DNA of 64,000 nt. Source: Candidatus Rokuibacteriota bacterium. Lineage in GTDB: Bacteria > Methylomirabilota > Methylomirabilia > Rokubacteriales > DASRDR01. A model generated the notes under the pieces. The model was not told where the DNA came from and ran no database searches. It saw nothing but the letters and a program-made list of their open reading frames with translations. The stretch lies in contig JBIOTN010000057.1 of the NCBI GenBank assembly GCA_044866005.1, forward strand, positions 1 to 64,000. The letters are read 5' to 3'. The translations under genes and the position numbers were made by a program. Shown here one piece after another: positions 47,731-56,230 of this stretch; the stretch's first letter is position 1; every line of letters starts with the position of its first letter.

Positions 47731-47981
47731 GGCGTGGGGGGGCCTGTTCCCGCCGGCGGGTCCGGGGTATCCTCGGGCGGGCTCGCCGCTGCATCGATCC
47801 CGAGGTGAACCGCGCCGGGGTGAGCCAGGACGACTGCCGAGCCGCCCGGTGCTCGGGCGGGCGACGAGGGCGGGCACGCGATGATCTCGTTCAACCTGAC
47901 GCGGACGACGGCGCGCGCCGAGGAGCTCCTGGCGCGGGCGCGGGGGACCGGCGCCTGAGGCGCCGCCCCGGGGAGGGACGG

Positions 47982-48992
47982 ATGCGGAGGCACGGCAGAC
48001 GGGCGTTCGTGGGAGCGGCGGCCCTCCTGGTCGCCGCGGGCGCCGCGCTGGCGACCGGCTGGCCGGGGACCGCCCGGGCGCAGGGCGCGATCCAGATCCG
48101 GCTCGGCCTGGCGGCCAACCCGGGCTCGCTGCTCTTCATCACGGCCGAGGACTACGCCCGGCGGGTGAACGACGGGCTCAAGGGCCGGGTGGAGGTCAAG
48201 GTCTTCCCGTCGAGCCAGCTGGGGACCGACGAGCAGATGATCAAGGGCGTCCGGGCGGGGACGCTCGAGATGTTCGTGCCTTCCACGATCATGAGCACCG
48301 TCGAGCCGAAGTACGGCGTGTTCGAGATGCCGTATCTGGTGAAGGACTGGAGCCACATCCGGCGGCTGGCCGCCAGCGCGGAGATCAAGCGCGCCCTCTT
48401 CGAGCCGCTGCCGGCGAAGGGGGTCCGGGCCCTGGCGCTCTGGGAGAACGGGTTCCGCCACATCACGAACAACATCCGGCCCATCGTGAAGCCCGACGAC
48501 CTCAAGGGGGTCAAGCTCCGCGTGCCCTCCGGCGTCTGGCGGGTCAAGATGTTCAAGCTCTACGGCGCCAACCCCACCCCGCTGGCCTACGCCGAGGTCT
48601 ACTCCGCGCTCCAGTCCGGCGTGATGGATGGCCAGGAGAACCCGTTCGTGCAGATCTGGTCGGGCCGCTTCCACGAGGTGCAGAAGTACCTGTCGCTCAC
48701 CGGGCACGTCTACTCGCCCGCCTACCCCGTGGTGGCGGAGAAGTGGTGGCAGTCGCTGCCGGCGGACGTGCGGGCGGCCCTGGAGCGCGCGGCCGTCGAG
48801 ACGCAGGAGGTCGCGTGGCGGGAAGGGGAGCGGCTGGACAAGGAGTTGCTCGGCAAGCTCGCGGCGACGCTCAAGGTGAACGAAGCCGACAAGGCCGCCT
48901 TCATCCACGCCTCCAAGCCGGTCTACGAGGAGTTCGCCAGGGAGGTGCCCGGCGGAGGGGAGCTGATCAGGCTCTTCCAGTCCCTCATGTGA
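47982..48992 (+). CDS. dctP: TRAP transporter substrate-binding protein
   Basis: Tat-like RRAFV signal; FPSSQLG, WENGFR, DLKGVKLRV, DGQENP. Confidence 0.93.
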   Translation: MRRHGRRAFVGAAALLVAAGAALATGWPGTARAQGAIQIRLGLAANPGSLLFITAEDYARRVNDGLKGRVEVKVFPSSQLGTDEQMIKGVRAGTLEMFVPSTIMSTVEPKYGVFEMPYLVKDWSHIRRLAASAEIKRALFEPLPAKGVRALALWENGFRHITNNIRPIVKPDDLKGVKLRVPSGVWRVKMFKLYGANPTPLAYAEVYSALQSGVMDGQENPFVQIWSGRFHEVQKYLSLTGHVYSPAYPVVAEKWWQSLPADVRAALERAAVETQEVAWREGERLDKELLGKLAATLKVNEADKAAFIHASKPVYEEFAREVPGGGELIRLFQSLM

Positions 48993-48999
48993 GCGGCGG

Positions 49000-49030
49000 C
49001 CGGCCCGACACGCGTCGCCCCGGGTCGTCC
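49000..49030 (-). repeat. Partial family 1 repeat (left arm only)
   Basis: ccggcccgacacgcgtcgccccgggtcgtcc is nearly identical to the start of copy A. Confidence 0.7.
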
Positions 49031-49041
49031 GGCACTCGCGC

Positions 49042-49551
49042 ATGACGCGCGCGCTTCGCCTCGTCGTCCTGCTGTTCGAGTGGTGGAGCGTCCTGCTCCT
49101 CGTCCTCATGGTCCTGATCGTCGTCGTGGGCGTCTTCTACCGCTACGTCCTCGACGCGTCGCTCGCCTGGTACGACGAGTTCGCCTCCTACCTGCTGGTC
49201 TGGCTGACCTTCTACGGCGCCGTGGTCGTCGCCTACCGCCGGCGCCACATCAGCTTCGACGTCCTCGTGGAGTGGTTCGGGCCGGCCGGCCGCCGCGCGC
49301 TGGGCATCGTGGCGGAGTGCCTGGTTCTCGCCTTCCAGGTTGTGCTCGCCTACTACGGCTGGGTCGCGCTGGACGCCATGGCGTTCGACATCGCCGTGTC
49401 CATCCCCTGGGTCCGCATGAGCTGGATCTACAGCGTCCTGCCCATCTCCGGCGCCCTGATGCTCCTGATCAGCGCGGTCCGCCTGGCGGACCTCGTCCGC
49501 GGGACGGAGGAGGTCCGGCCCGCCGCGCCCGTCCCGCGCGCGGCCGAGTGA
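49042..49551 (+). CDS. dctQ: TRAP small permease
   Basis: 4 TM helices; RY...W.DE...VW..F.GA......HI. Confidence 0.9.
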   Translation: MTRALRLVVLLFEWWSVLLLVLMVLIVVVGVFYRYVLDASLAWYDEFASYLLVWLTFYGAVVVAYRRRHISFDVLVEWFGPAGRRALGIVAECLVLAFQVVLAYYGWVALDAMAFDIAVSIPWVRMSWIYSVLPISGALMLLISAVRLADLVRGTEEVRPAAPVPRAAE

Positions 49552-50828
49552 TGGAAGCCCTCATCATCGGGCTCCTCGTCCTGCTCGTCCTGCTCAACGT
49601 GCCGATCGCGTGGGCCCTCTGCCTCACGACCATCACCTTCGTCCTGGCGAAGGGCACGGCGCCCCTCACCACGGTGCCCCTGACCCTCTTCGCCGGCTCC
49701 TCCAGCTTCCCCCTGCTGGCGATCCCGCTCTTCATCCTGGCCGGCGGGCTCATGGAGACGGGCGGCATCTCGCTGCGGCTGGTGAATTTCGCGCAGAGCC
49801 TGGTCGGCTTCATCCGGGGTGGACTGGCCATGGTGACGGTCGTGGCGACCATGATCCAGAGCGAGATCTCGGGATCGTCGGTCGCGGACGCCGCGGCGAT
49901 CGGCCGCGTGATGATCCCGGCGATGGCGCGGCGCGGCTACCCGCGCGCGCTCTCCGCCGCGATCGTCTCCAACGCCGCCTCCGCCGCGATCCTCATCCCG
50001 CCCTCGGTCCCCATGATCATCTACGCCTGGATGGCGGAGGCCTCCGTCGCCAGGCTCTTCATCGCCGGGTTCGTTCCCGGCTTCGTCGCGTGCGTCGCGA
50101 TGATGGGGCTCTGTTACTACTACGCGCGGGTCCTGGACCTGCCCGTGGAGCAGGCCTTCAGCCTCCGGGAGGTCGGACGGACCGCGGTCGCCGCGGCCTG
50201 GGCCATGGTGGTTCCGGCCGTCATCTGGGGCGGCATCTTCGGCGGCGTGGCGACGGCCACGGAGGTGGCCGCCCTGGCGGCCGTGGCCGCGCTCGTGGTC
50301 GGCGTCTTCGTGTACCGCGAGATCCCGCTGGGAGGTCTCCGGCCGATCCTCGTGGACTCCATGATGCAGACCGCGATGGTCATGGTCATCGTCGCGGCGT
50401 CGGCCGTCCTCGGCTGGTACCTGACCAACGAGCAGCTCCCGCAGAAGTTCGCCCGGCTGATCCTCGAGACCACGCAGAACCGCTACCTGATCCTCTTCTT
50501 CCTCAACATCTTCTTCTTCGTCATCGGGATGTTCCTCCACTCCGCCGCCGCGATCCTGCTCGTCGTGCCGGTGGTGATGCCGCTCGTGCGGCAGGTGGGC
50601 ATCGACCCCATCCACTTCGGGGTGATCGTGACCATCAACCTCGGCGTCGGCCAGCAGACCCCTCCCGTCGCCAGCGTGCTCTTCACGACCTCGGCGATCG
50701 CCGGGCTGTCGTTCTGGGAAGTGTTCCGGCGCGGTTGGCCGTTCACGCTCGTGCTCGCGCTCGTCACGCTGCTCATCACCTACGTCCCGGTGCTCTCGCT
50801 CGGCCTCGTCCGCCTCGTCTATCCCTGA
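49551..50828 (+). CDS. dctM: TRAP large permease
   Basis: LLAIPLFILAG.LM, SGSSVAD, IPPS, DPIHFG, TPPV. Confidence 0.93.
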   Translation: MEALIIGLLVLLVLLNVPIAWALCLTTITFVLAKGTAPLTTVPLTLFAGSSSFPLLAIPLFILAGGLMETGGISLRLVNFAQSLVGFIRGGLAMVTVVATMIQSEISGSSVADAAAIGRVMIPAMARRGYPRALSAAIVSNAASAAILIPPSVPMIIYAWMAEASVARLFIAGFVPGFVACVAMMGLCYYYARVLDLPVEQAFSLREVGRTAVAAAWAMVVPAVIWGGIFGGVATATEVAALAAVAALVVGVFVYREIPLGGLRPILVDSMMQTAMVMVIVAASAVLGWYLTNEQLPQKFARLILETTQNRYLILFFLNIFFFVIGMFLHSAAAILLVVPVVMPLVRQVGIDPIHFGVIVTINLGVGQQTPPVASVLFTTSAIAGLSFWEVFRRGWPFTLVLALVTLLITYVPVLSLGLVRLVYP

Positions 50829-52063
50829 TCCGGCGCGGACGCGAGCTCGGGAAAGCGCGCCGCCGCGGTGCGGCGCCAGGCGGCGAGGAGGGCGAGGACG
50901 GTGGCGAGCCCCAGGCCACCGCCGGTCAGGCAGGCGAACGGGACACCGACAGCCTCGCTCAGGGCGCCGAAGAAGAGCGACCCGATGGGCGTGACGCCGG
51001 CGAAGACCAGGGCGTAGAGGCTCATCACCCGGCCGCGGAGCGCGTCCGGCGCGGTGACCTGCAGGATGGTGTTCGAGGTCCCCAGGAAGACGATCTGGGC
51101 GAAGCCGACGATCACGAGCACCGGGACGGCGACGGCGAACTGCCGGACGGCGGCGAGGGCCGCCGTGGCCACGGCCATCGCGGCCGCCGGCACGAAGAGC
51201 GCCATGAGCGGCGGCCGGCCGCGTCCCAGCGCGGCCAGGGCGAGGGCCCCGGCCAGCGCGCCCCCGCCGAGCGCGGACATGAGGAAGCCGAAGCCGTCCG
51301 CGTCCTGGTGGAGGACGTCCCGGGCCAGCAGGGGCACGAGCACGCCGTAGTTGAGGACGAAGACGCTCACCGCGAGGACCAGGCCCAGGACCAGCGCGAC
51401 GCGCGGCGTGGTGACCGCGTAGCGGAGCCCGACCCGGATCTCCTCGCCCATCGTGGCGTGGCGGGGCCGGGGGGCACCTCCGGCCGGGATGGCGGCCAGC
51501 GCCAGGATCACGGCCACGAAGCTCAACCCGTTGAGCAGGAACGCCGCCGCCACGCCGTAGCGTGCCACCAGGAGCCCGGCCGCCGCCGGCCCCACGATCC
51601 GCGCCGCGTTGAACACGGCCGAGTTCAGCGCGATCGCGTTGACGAGGTCGTCCTTGCCCACCAGCTCCACGACGTAGGACTGGCGGGCCGGCATGTCGAG
51701 CGTCGTGACCACGCCGAAGACGAGCGCCAGGAGGGCGACGTGCCAGTACGCGACCCGGCCGCTCCAGACGAGCGCGGCCAGCGCGAGAGCCTGCAGGAGC
51801 AGCGCGGTCTGCGTCGCCAGGAGCACGCGGCGCTTGGGCAGCCGGTCGGCCACCGCGCCCGCGGGGAGGGAGAGGAGGAGGATGGGCGTGAACTGGAGCG
51901 CGCTCACGAGGCCGAGCCGGAACGGCGAGCCGGTGAGCTCCAGGACCAGCCAGGACTGGCCCATCGACTGCATCCACGTCCCGACGAGGGAGACGAGCTG
52001 TCCCGTCCAGAACAGCCGGAAGTCCCGGTGGCCGAGCGCGCGGAGCGCGGCGGGGAGCGGCAT
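50819..52063 (-). CDS. MFS transporter
   Basis: FRLFWTGQLVS..GTWMQ, GAVADR, D.PARQ, RGRVMS. Confidence 0.92.
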   Translation of the reverse strand: MPLPAALRALGHRDFRLFWTGQLVSLVGTWMQSMGQSWLVLELTGSPFRLGLVSALQFTPILLLSLPAGAVADRLPKRRVLLATQTALLLQALALAALVWSGRVAYWHVALLALVFGVVTTLDMPARQSYVVELVGKDDLVNAIALNSAVFNAARIVGPAAAGLLVARYGVAAAFLLNGLSFVAVILALAAIPAGGAPRPRHATMGEEIRVGLRYAVTTPRVALVLGLVLAVSVFVLNYGVLVPLLARDVLHQDADGFGFLMSALGGGALAGALALAALGRGRPPLMALFVPAAAMAVATAALAAVRQFAVAVPVLVIVGFAQIVFLGTSNTILQVTAPDALRGRVMSLYALVFAGVTPIGSLFFGALSEAVGVPFACLTGGGLGLATVLALLAAWRRTAAARFPELASAPDQG

Positions 52064-52180
52064 CCACGTCCTCCGGTCGGCCCCCGGGCCCGACGGCGGC
52101 CGCGTGCCCCGCCGAGACGCCGCCGCCGCCGGGGCGACCGGCGGCGGCTCGGGACGGCGGGCGCCGGCGCGCGCCGGCGC

Positions 52181-53599
52181 TCAGCCGCGCAGGTGCAGCA
52201 CCACGAGCTTGAGCTCGGTCATCTCCTCCACCGCGTAACGCGGCCCCTCCTTGCCGAAGCCGGACTCCTTGAGGCCGCCGTAGGGCATGAGGTCCGCCCG
52301 CCACTGCGGCCCCCAGTTGACGTGGAGGTTCCCGGCCTGGACCTCGCGGGCGAACTTCATCGCGTGCTCCAGGCTCTCCGTGAAGATGGCGGCGGAGAGC
52401 CCGTAGTTCGTGTCATTGGCGAGCGCGATCGCCTGGTCGATGTCGTCGAAGGGCGTGACCGCCACGGCCGGACCGAACAGCTCGTCGGCCGAGATCCGCA
52501 TCTCCGGCTTCACGTCGGCCACGATCGTCGGGGCGTGGAGCGCGCCCTGGCGCTCGCCGCCGGTGACGAGCCGGGCGCCGCTCGAGATCGCCTCACGGAT
52601 CCACTCCTCCACGCGGGCCGCGTCCTTCTCGCGGATCATGGGCCCCATCTTGACCCGCTCGTCGAGCTGATTGCCGGTGGTGAGCGCCTCGACCTTGGGC
52701 TTGAGCGTGGAGAGGAAATCCCCGTAGATCTTGCCGGCGGCGAGGACCCGCTGGGTCGAGATGCAGACCTGCCCGGCGTTCGCGTACCCGGTCGCCGCGA
52801 CCGCCTCCGCGACCTTGGTGAGGTCGGCGTCCGGCATGACGATGACCGGCGCGTTCGAGCCGAGCTCCATCGTGACCTTCTTGATCCCGGCCGTCTTGCA
52901 GATCCGCTCGCCGACGTCACGGCTCCCCGTGAAGGTGATCTTCCGCACGCGCGGGTCGGCGGCGAGCAGGTCGCCGATCTCCCCGCCGGGGCCCGTCAGG
53001 CACTGGATGCCCTCGGCCGGGAGGCCGGCCTCCAGGAGGATCTCGGTCAGCTTGAGGGCGGAGAGCGGCGTGTCGGTCGCGGGCTTGACGATGACGGCGT
53101 TGCCGCCCGCGATCGCGGGCCCGACCTTGTGGCAGACCAGGTTCAGCGGGAAGTTGAACGGGCTGATCGCGACCACGACGCCGCAGGGGACGCGGAGGGT
53201 GAAGGCGAGCCGGCCGGCGGCGCCCGGCGCGCCGTCCACCGGCACCGTCTCGCCGTGGATCCGCTTGGCCTCCTCCGCCGAGCCCAGGATCGTCTCCACG
53301 GCCCGGTTCGCCTCGAGCCGCCCCTCGGCGAGGATCTTGCCCTCCTCCATGCTGATGGTCCGTCCGAGGTCCTCCTGCCGCGCCGCGATCAGGTCGGCGG
53401 CCCTCCGGAGGATCTGGAAGCGGTCGTATCCGGAGAGCTTCGCCATGGTCCGGGCGCCGCGCACGGCGCTCTCCAGCGCGCGCTCGACGTCCCCGCGGTC
53501 GGCGCGGGGCACGGTGTCGATCACGCTGCGGTCGTAGGGATTCTCGACGGGGATCTTCTCGGCCTTGTCGATCCACTGGCCGGCGACGTACATGCGCAT
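52181..53599 (-). CDS. Aldehyde dehydrogenase family protein
   Basis: PFNFP, FTGS, MELGSN, GQVCIS, ELFGP, PYGG.K.SG; AGGAGG RBS. Confidence 0.95.
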   Translation of the reverse strand: MRMYVAGQWIDKAEKIPVENPYDRSVIDTVPRADRGDVERALESAVRGARTMAKLSGYDRFQILRRAADLIAARQEDLGRTISMEEGKILAEGRLEANRAVETILGSAEEAKRIHGETVPVDGAPGAAGRLAFTLRVPCGVVVAISPFNFPLNLVCHKVGPAIAGGNAVIVKPATDTPLSALKLTEILLEAGLPAEGIQCLTGPGGEIGDLLAADPRVRKITFTGSRDVGERICKTAGIKKVTMELGSNAPVIVMPDADLTKVAEAVAATGYANAGQVCISTQRVLAAGKIYGDFLSTLKPKVEALTTGNQLDERVKMGPMIREKDAARVEEWIREAISSGARLVTGGERQGALHAPTIVADVKPEMRISADELFGPAVAVTPFDDIDQAIALANDTNYGLSAAIFTESLEHAMKFAREVQAGNLHVNWGPQWRADLMPYGGLKESGFGKEGPRYAVEEMTELKLVVLHLRG

Positions 53600-53704
53600 G
53601 TCCGGACTCCTCCTTGCGGCGGTCGCGCGATGGGGGACGGGACCCGGGGAATCGGCCCTCGTCCGATTATCGCCCCGCGCCGGGCCGCCCACAAGGCCGG
53701 CCCG

Positions 53705-54496
53705 TCAGGCCCGCGACCCTCCTACGGCCGCCAGCGCGTCGAGCACGGCGGCGTGGATCCGGCCGTTCGAGGCGAGCACACCCGGCCCCTCGAGCCGCCA
53801 GGTGCCGCCGCGGACGTCGGTGAGGCGACCGCCTGCCTCCTGCACGATCAGCCCGCCGGCCGCCATGTCCCAGGGGCCGAGGCGGAGCTCCCAGTAGCCG
53901 TCGAAGCGGCCGGCGGCGACGTAGCAGAGGTCGAGGACCGCCGAGCCGATGCGCCGGACGCCGCGCGTGCGGAGGGACAGGGCGGAGTACTCGGGCAAGT
54001 TCGTCTGGGAGGCCGTCCGGATGTCGTTCGGGAACCCCGTGGCGAGGAGGCTCTCGTCCAGGGTCGGCGTCTCGGAGACGTGGATGGCCTGGCCGTTGAG
54101 CGTGGCGCCCCCGCCGCGCTCGGCCAGGAAGCACTCGTCGAGGTTCGGGTCGTAGGCGACGCCGAGCACGACCTCGCCGGCGCGCTCGAGGGCGACGGAG
54201 ACCGCGAAGACGGGCACCCCGTGGGCGTAGTTGGTGGTCCCGTCGAGCGGGTCGATGAGCCACCGGTAGTCCGACCGCCCGGGCTGGGCGCCGCTCTCTT
54301 CCGCCAGGATCGCGTGATCGGGGAACGCCTGGCGGAGCCGGCCGACGATGAGGCTCTCCGCGCGCTGGTCCATCTCCGTGACGAGGTTCGTCGGGCTGCC
54401 CTTGTAGCGGATCCGTCGCGTCCCGCCGAGCGCGTCGCGGAGGAGCGTGCCGGCGCCGCGCGCGGCCTCCACGGCGACGGAAAGGTACGGGCCCAC
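53705..54496 (-). CDS. suhB: Inositol monophosphatase family
   Basis: AEES, IDPLDGTTNY, GSA..DL.YVA.G, WDMAAG. Confidence 0.92.
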   Translation of the reverse strand: MGPYLSVAVEAARGAGTLLRDALGGTRRIRYKGSPTNLVTEMDQRAESLIVGRLRQAFPDHAILAEESGAQPGRSDYRWLIDPLDGTTNYAHGVPVFAVSVALERAGEVVLGVAYDPNLDECFLAERGGGATLNGQAIHVSETPTLDESLLATGFPNDIRTASQTNLPEYSALSLRTRGVRRIGSAVLDLCYVAAGRFDGYWELRLGPWDMAAGGLIVQEAGGRLTDVRGGTWRLEGPGVLASNGRIHAAVLDALAAVGGSRA

Positions 54497-54590
54497 GCGG
54501 CCGAGCCTAGCACACGCCTCCTCGCAGCGTCGATTCCGCCACCGCGATGGCGCCGGCCGGCCCGGGGCGTCCCGGCGAGGGCCCGACGCC

Positions 54591-54620
54591 TTGACCCTCG
54601 GCAGTGGCGGGTGTTATAAC
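54591..54620 (+). promoter_or_regulatory. sigma70 promoter, leaderless arrangement
   Basis: TTGACC-N18-TATAAC with extended TG; GTG start follows after 6 nt. Confidence 0.7.
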
Positions 54621-54626
54621 CCGACG

Positions 54627-55118
54627 GTGGCGAGGCGCGAGAGCAAGCCCGTGCGCAGCGCGTCCACGGACACGCCGCCGACCCGATCGGTGAAGGCCGC
54701 GGTCCCCGAGGACCGGCCCATCCTCGTCGTGACGGGGTGCGTCGGGCGCAGCTCGCCGGCTGCCGGCGGCTGGGGGTACGTCATCTGTTACCCCACCGGC
54801 CAGGAGGTCGAGGCCGGCGGGATGGCGGCGGAGACGACGGCCGCCCGGATGGCCTTGACGGCCGTCGTCCGGGCGCTGGAGCGCCTCGGACCCGCCGAGC
54901 GCGGGCCGGTGCGGGTGGTCACGTCCAGCCAGCCCACCGTCGACACCGCCGCGGGCCGGCTGCCGCGCCGCGGGGACCTGGACCTCTGGACCCACCTCGA
55001 CGGCCTCGCGCGCGACCGCCGGATCATCTGGGAATGGGAGCCGGACGAGACCATGTACTTCCAGGAGCGCGCGGCCGAGCTGGCCCAGCTCGCCGTGAAA
55101 CGCGGCCGCGCGGACTGA
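54627..55118 (+). CDS. RNase HI-fold protein, predicted catalytically inactive
   Basis: GGWG, TT..RM.L.A...AL..L, V.V.TSSQ, DLW..LD, I.WEW, ERA.ELA are colinear with RNase HI. Confidence 0.78.
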   Translation: MARRESKPVRSASTDTPPTRSVKAAVPEDRPILVVTGCVGRSSPAAGGWGYVICYPTGQEVEAGGMAAETTAARMALTAVVRALERLGPAERGPVRVVTSSQPTVDTAAGRLPRRGDLDLWTHLDGLARDRRIIWEWEPDETMYFQERAAELAQLAVKRGRAD

Positions 55119-55128
55119 GGCTCGCCGG

Positions 55129-56064
55129 ATGCGCATCGCGGTGATGGGCACGGGCGGCATGGGCGGCTACTTCGGCGGGCGGCTCGCGCACGCGGGGGAG
55201 TCGGTCGCCTTCATCGCGCGGGGCGCGCACCTCGAGGCGATCCGCGCGCGGGGGCTGACGGTCGGGAGCGTCACCGGGGACTTCACGGTCGTCGCCCCCG
55301 CGACGGACGACCCCGCGCGAGTGCCGGGGCTGATCGGGCCGGTCGACCTCGTCCTCTTCTGCGTCAAGTCCTATGACACGGAGACGGCGGCCGACGCGCT
55401 CGGGCCGCTGCTCGGGCCGGCCACGGCGGTCCTGTCACTCCAGAACGGCGTGCTGAACGAGGACGTGCTCGCCCGGCGGCTCGGGGGCGAGCGGGTGCTC
55501 GGCGGCGTCGTCTACGGGTTCGCCGTCATCGAGGCTCCCGGCGTCATCCGCCACACGCAGGGCGGCCGGATCCTGTTCGGGGAGCTCGACGGGCGGCGGA
55601 GCGCCCGGGCCGGCGCGTTCGCGGAGTGCGCGCGGAAGGCGGGGATCCCGATCGAGGTGTCGCCGGACATCCGCAAGGCGCTCTGGGAGAAATACGTCGT
55701 GATCTGCGCGCTCGCCGGGATGACCGCGCTGAGCCGCCGCCCCATCGGCGACATCCGCGACTGCCCCGAGTCACGGGCGATGCTCCGGCAGATGGTCGAG
55801 GAGCTCGTCGGGCTCGCCAAGGCGGAAGGGGTGGGCCTGGCCGACGACGTGGTCGAGCGCGGCATGGCGGCGGTCGACGCGCTCAAGCCGGACTCGTACT
55901 CCTCGCTCTACCACGATCTGGTCCACGGACGCCGGCTCGAGCTGGAGGCGCTCCACGGGGACGCGGTCCGCCTCGGCGCCCGGCACGGGATCCCCACCCC
56001 CGCGCTCTCCTGCGTGTACGCCGCCCTGCGCCCGGCGGCTCGAGCCGCCGAGTCCGCCGGGTGA
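55129..56064 (+). CDS. panE: 2-dehydropantoate 2-reductase
   Basis: GTGGMG, VKSYD, LQNG, LWEK, SSL..D...GR.LE. Confidence 0.93.
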   Translation: MRIAVMGTGGMGGYFGGRLAHAGESVAFIARGAHLEAIRARGLTVGSVTGDFTVVAPATDDPARVPGLIGPVDLVLFCVKSYDTETAADALGPLLGPATAVLSLQNGVLNEDVLARRLGGERVLGGVVYGFAVIEAPGVIRHTQGGRILFGELDGRRSARAGAFAECARKAGIPIEVSPDIRKALWEKYVVICALAGMTALSRRPIGDIRDCPESRAMLRQMVEELVGLAKAEGVGLADDVVERGMAAVDALKPDSYSSLYHDLVHGRRLELEALHGDAVRLGARHGIPTPALSCVYAALRPAARAAESAG

Positions 56065-56067
56065 GCC

Positions 56068-56185
56068 CCGGGCCGATCCCCGTCGCACCCCGGCGTCCTC
56101 GGTCGTCGCCGGCCCTCAACGGACAGGGAGTACGCCTCGGGCCGGCTCCTCCCTGCGTCCTGGGGCTGCTCGGGTCTCGGCCCGG
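56068..56185 (-). repeat. 118-bp structured dispersed repeat, copy C (family 1)
   Basis: CCGGGCCGA...TCGGCCCGG terminal inverted repeat; aligns with copies A and B. Confidence 0.9.
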
Positions 56186-56230
56186 TCCCATGCCACCCGG
56201 GCCGGAACGTCCCTCGCGCAGGGCCGCCGG

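Noticed and set aside
47881..47958. 25-codon ORF (MISFNLTRTT...) upstream of dctP
   Set aside because: No clear RBS or motif; more likely promoter/leader sequence.
49610..54619. 1669-aa + strand ORF
   Set aside because: Off-frame or antisense to dctM, MFS, ALDH and suhB; Arg/Gly/Pro-rich with no domain.
28120..56185. Family 1 repeats as a CRISPR array or integron attC sites
   Set aside because: Dispersed rather than tandem, no spacers or cas genes, no RYYYAAC/GTTRRRY ends, no integrase, and flanking genes are housekeeping.
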